This document shows, piece by piece, positions 61,770 to 64,000 of a DNA stretch of 64,000 bases (position 1 is the stretch's first letter; the number at the start of each line of letters is the position of its first letter). The translations under genes were made by a program, and so were the position numbers. The stretch is from the human T2T-CHM13v2.0 reference genome, Homo sapiens. Where the stretch lies: the NCBI RefSeq assembly GCF_009914755.1, contig NC_060938.1; one strand, written 5' to 3'. Under the pieces are notes generated by a model. That model worked only from the letters and a program-made list of their open reading frames with translations, ran no database searches and was not told the origin of the DNA.

Positions 61770-62110
61770 GATTTTTTTAAATTGTGACAACATATACATA
61801 ACATAAAGTTTACTACTTTAAAATGTACAGTTCTGTGACAGTAAGTACATTCACATTGTTGTACAATCATCATCACCTTTCATATCCAGAGCTTTGTCAT
61901 CTCTCCCAACTCTACCCATTAAACACTAACTGCTCATTTTTCATCCCCTCAGCCCTGGGCATCCTACTTTTTGTCTCTATGAATTTGACTACCCTAGGTA
62001 CGTTATATAAGTAGAATCATATAGTATTTGACCTTTTGTGACTGGCTTATTTCACTTAGCATAATGTTTTAAAGGTTCATCCATGTTGTAGTATGTGTCA
62101 GAATTTTCTT
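61770..62110 (-). mobile_element. L1M 3'UTR fragment
   Basis: ACTGGCTTATTTCACTTAGCATAATG...TTCATCCATGTTGTAG motif. Confidence 0.75.
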
Positions 62111-62178
62111 CTTAAGGGTAGAATTTATTTTTAAACATTTATTACGTAGTCTTATAGTTTTTATTATTTTCATTTTAA

Positions 62179-62602
<424 letters not shown>

Positions 62603-62603
62603 C

Positions 62604-63240
62604 CATATGAATTTTAAAATAGTTTTTTCTAATTCTGTGAAAAATGATGTTGGTAATTGAATAGGAATTGCATTGAATCTGTAGATGGCTTTGGGCAGTA
62701 TGGTCATTTTAACGATATTGATTTTTCTAATTCATGAGCATGGAATGTTTTCCACTTATTTGTGTCATCTGTGATTTTTTTCATCAGTGTTTTATAGTTC
62801 TCCTTGTAGAGATCTTTCACCTTCTTGATTAAATGTATTCCTAGGAATTTTATTTTTTGTGTGCCGCTGTTGTAAATGGCATTGAGTTCTTGATTTCATT
62901 CTCAGCTTGAATGTTATTAGTGTATAGAAACGCTACTGATTTTTGTACGTTGATTTTGTATCCTGAAACTTTACTTAAGTCATTTATCAGATCTAGGGGC
63001 ATTTTGTAGGAATCTTTAGGGTTTTCTAGGTATAGGACCATGTCATCAGTGAACAGAGGTAATTGGACTTCCTTTTACTTTTTGGATGCCTTTTCTTTCT
63101 TTCTCTGTCTGATTGCTCTGGCTGGGACTTCCACTACTGTATTGAAAAGAGTGGTAAGAGTGGGCATCCTTGTCTTGTTCTAGTTCTTAGGGGGAATGTG
63201 TTCAACTTTTGCCCGTTCAGTATGATGTTGGCTGTGGGTT
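62604..63240 (-). mobile_element. L1 ORF2 (RT) fragment
   Basis: [11 protein letters not shown]...[18 protein letters not shown]. Confidence 0.88.
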
Positions 63241-63395
63241 TGGGATTATGAGGATTATATTATTACTTAATCACTTAATTTGTTCCTTGTCCTTTTCGAT
63301 CGTGGAATGCTATGGCTGAGTTCCTAAACATTCTTTTAGTTAAAAAAGATTTTTTTAGTAGCTTATTAAAGTTTAATAAATATTCAGGAATTTAA

Positions 63396-63494
<99 letters not shown>

Positions 63495-63747
63495 TAAGTT
63501 TCATTTACAGAAAATAATTGGACCATTTCTTATGTAAATCAGCTTCATTTGTACTTTGGACATATGAAAAACCTTTTCACTATGTGAAATATATATTGTG
63601 TGATATGTATAAAGCATTTCTCATGGTGCTAGACACGTATAAAATACTCAGTAGCAGTTAGCAGTTATTATTATGGAAGTGCTATAGTATTAACTCATTT
63701 AACACACTTATAAAATAGATTTACTATCCCAATTTTATAGAATCCCC

Positions 63748-64000
<253 letters not shown>

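Overview
Human (primate) genomic DNA, recognisable as the chr14q23.1 locus ARID4A - TOMM20L - TIMM9 - KIAA0586 (TALPID3). It contains the last coding exon and 3'UTR of ARID4A (+), the complete 5-exon TOMM20L gene (+, 152 aa), the complete TIMM9 gene (-, 89 aa; 3 coding and 3 inferred 5'UTR exons) converging on the TOMM20L 3' end, and the first coding exons of KIAA0586 (+), which shares a CpG-island promoter with TIMM9. The rest is repeat-rich: roughly 60 Alus (including an AluYa5), fragmented L1s, a THE1 solo LTR, MER53, MER5, Charlie-like, L2 and MIR fragments, and microsatellites. Almost all listed ORFs are Alu/L1 artefacts. Most notable observations: (1) a TIMM9 5'UTR exon that begins AG|GTAAGA (recursive-splice-site architecture) and carries a uORF; (2) crossed poly(A) signals of TOMM20L and TIMM9 on the two arms of one inverted repeat; (3) well-formed antisense exon candidates inside TOMM20L; (4) a strong-Kozak overlapping uORF over the KIAA0586 MFW start; (5) a THE1 LTR with an intact DUX4 motif pointing at KIAA0586. 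I see no evidence for a wholly new gene system. Exon coordinates were counted by hand; repeat boundaries and subfamilies are approximate.
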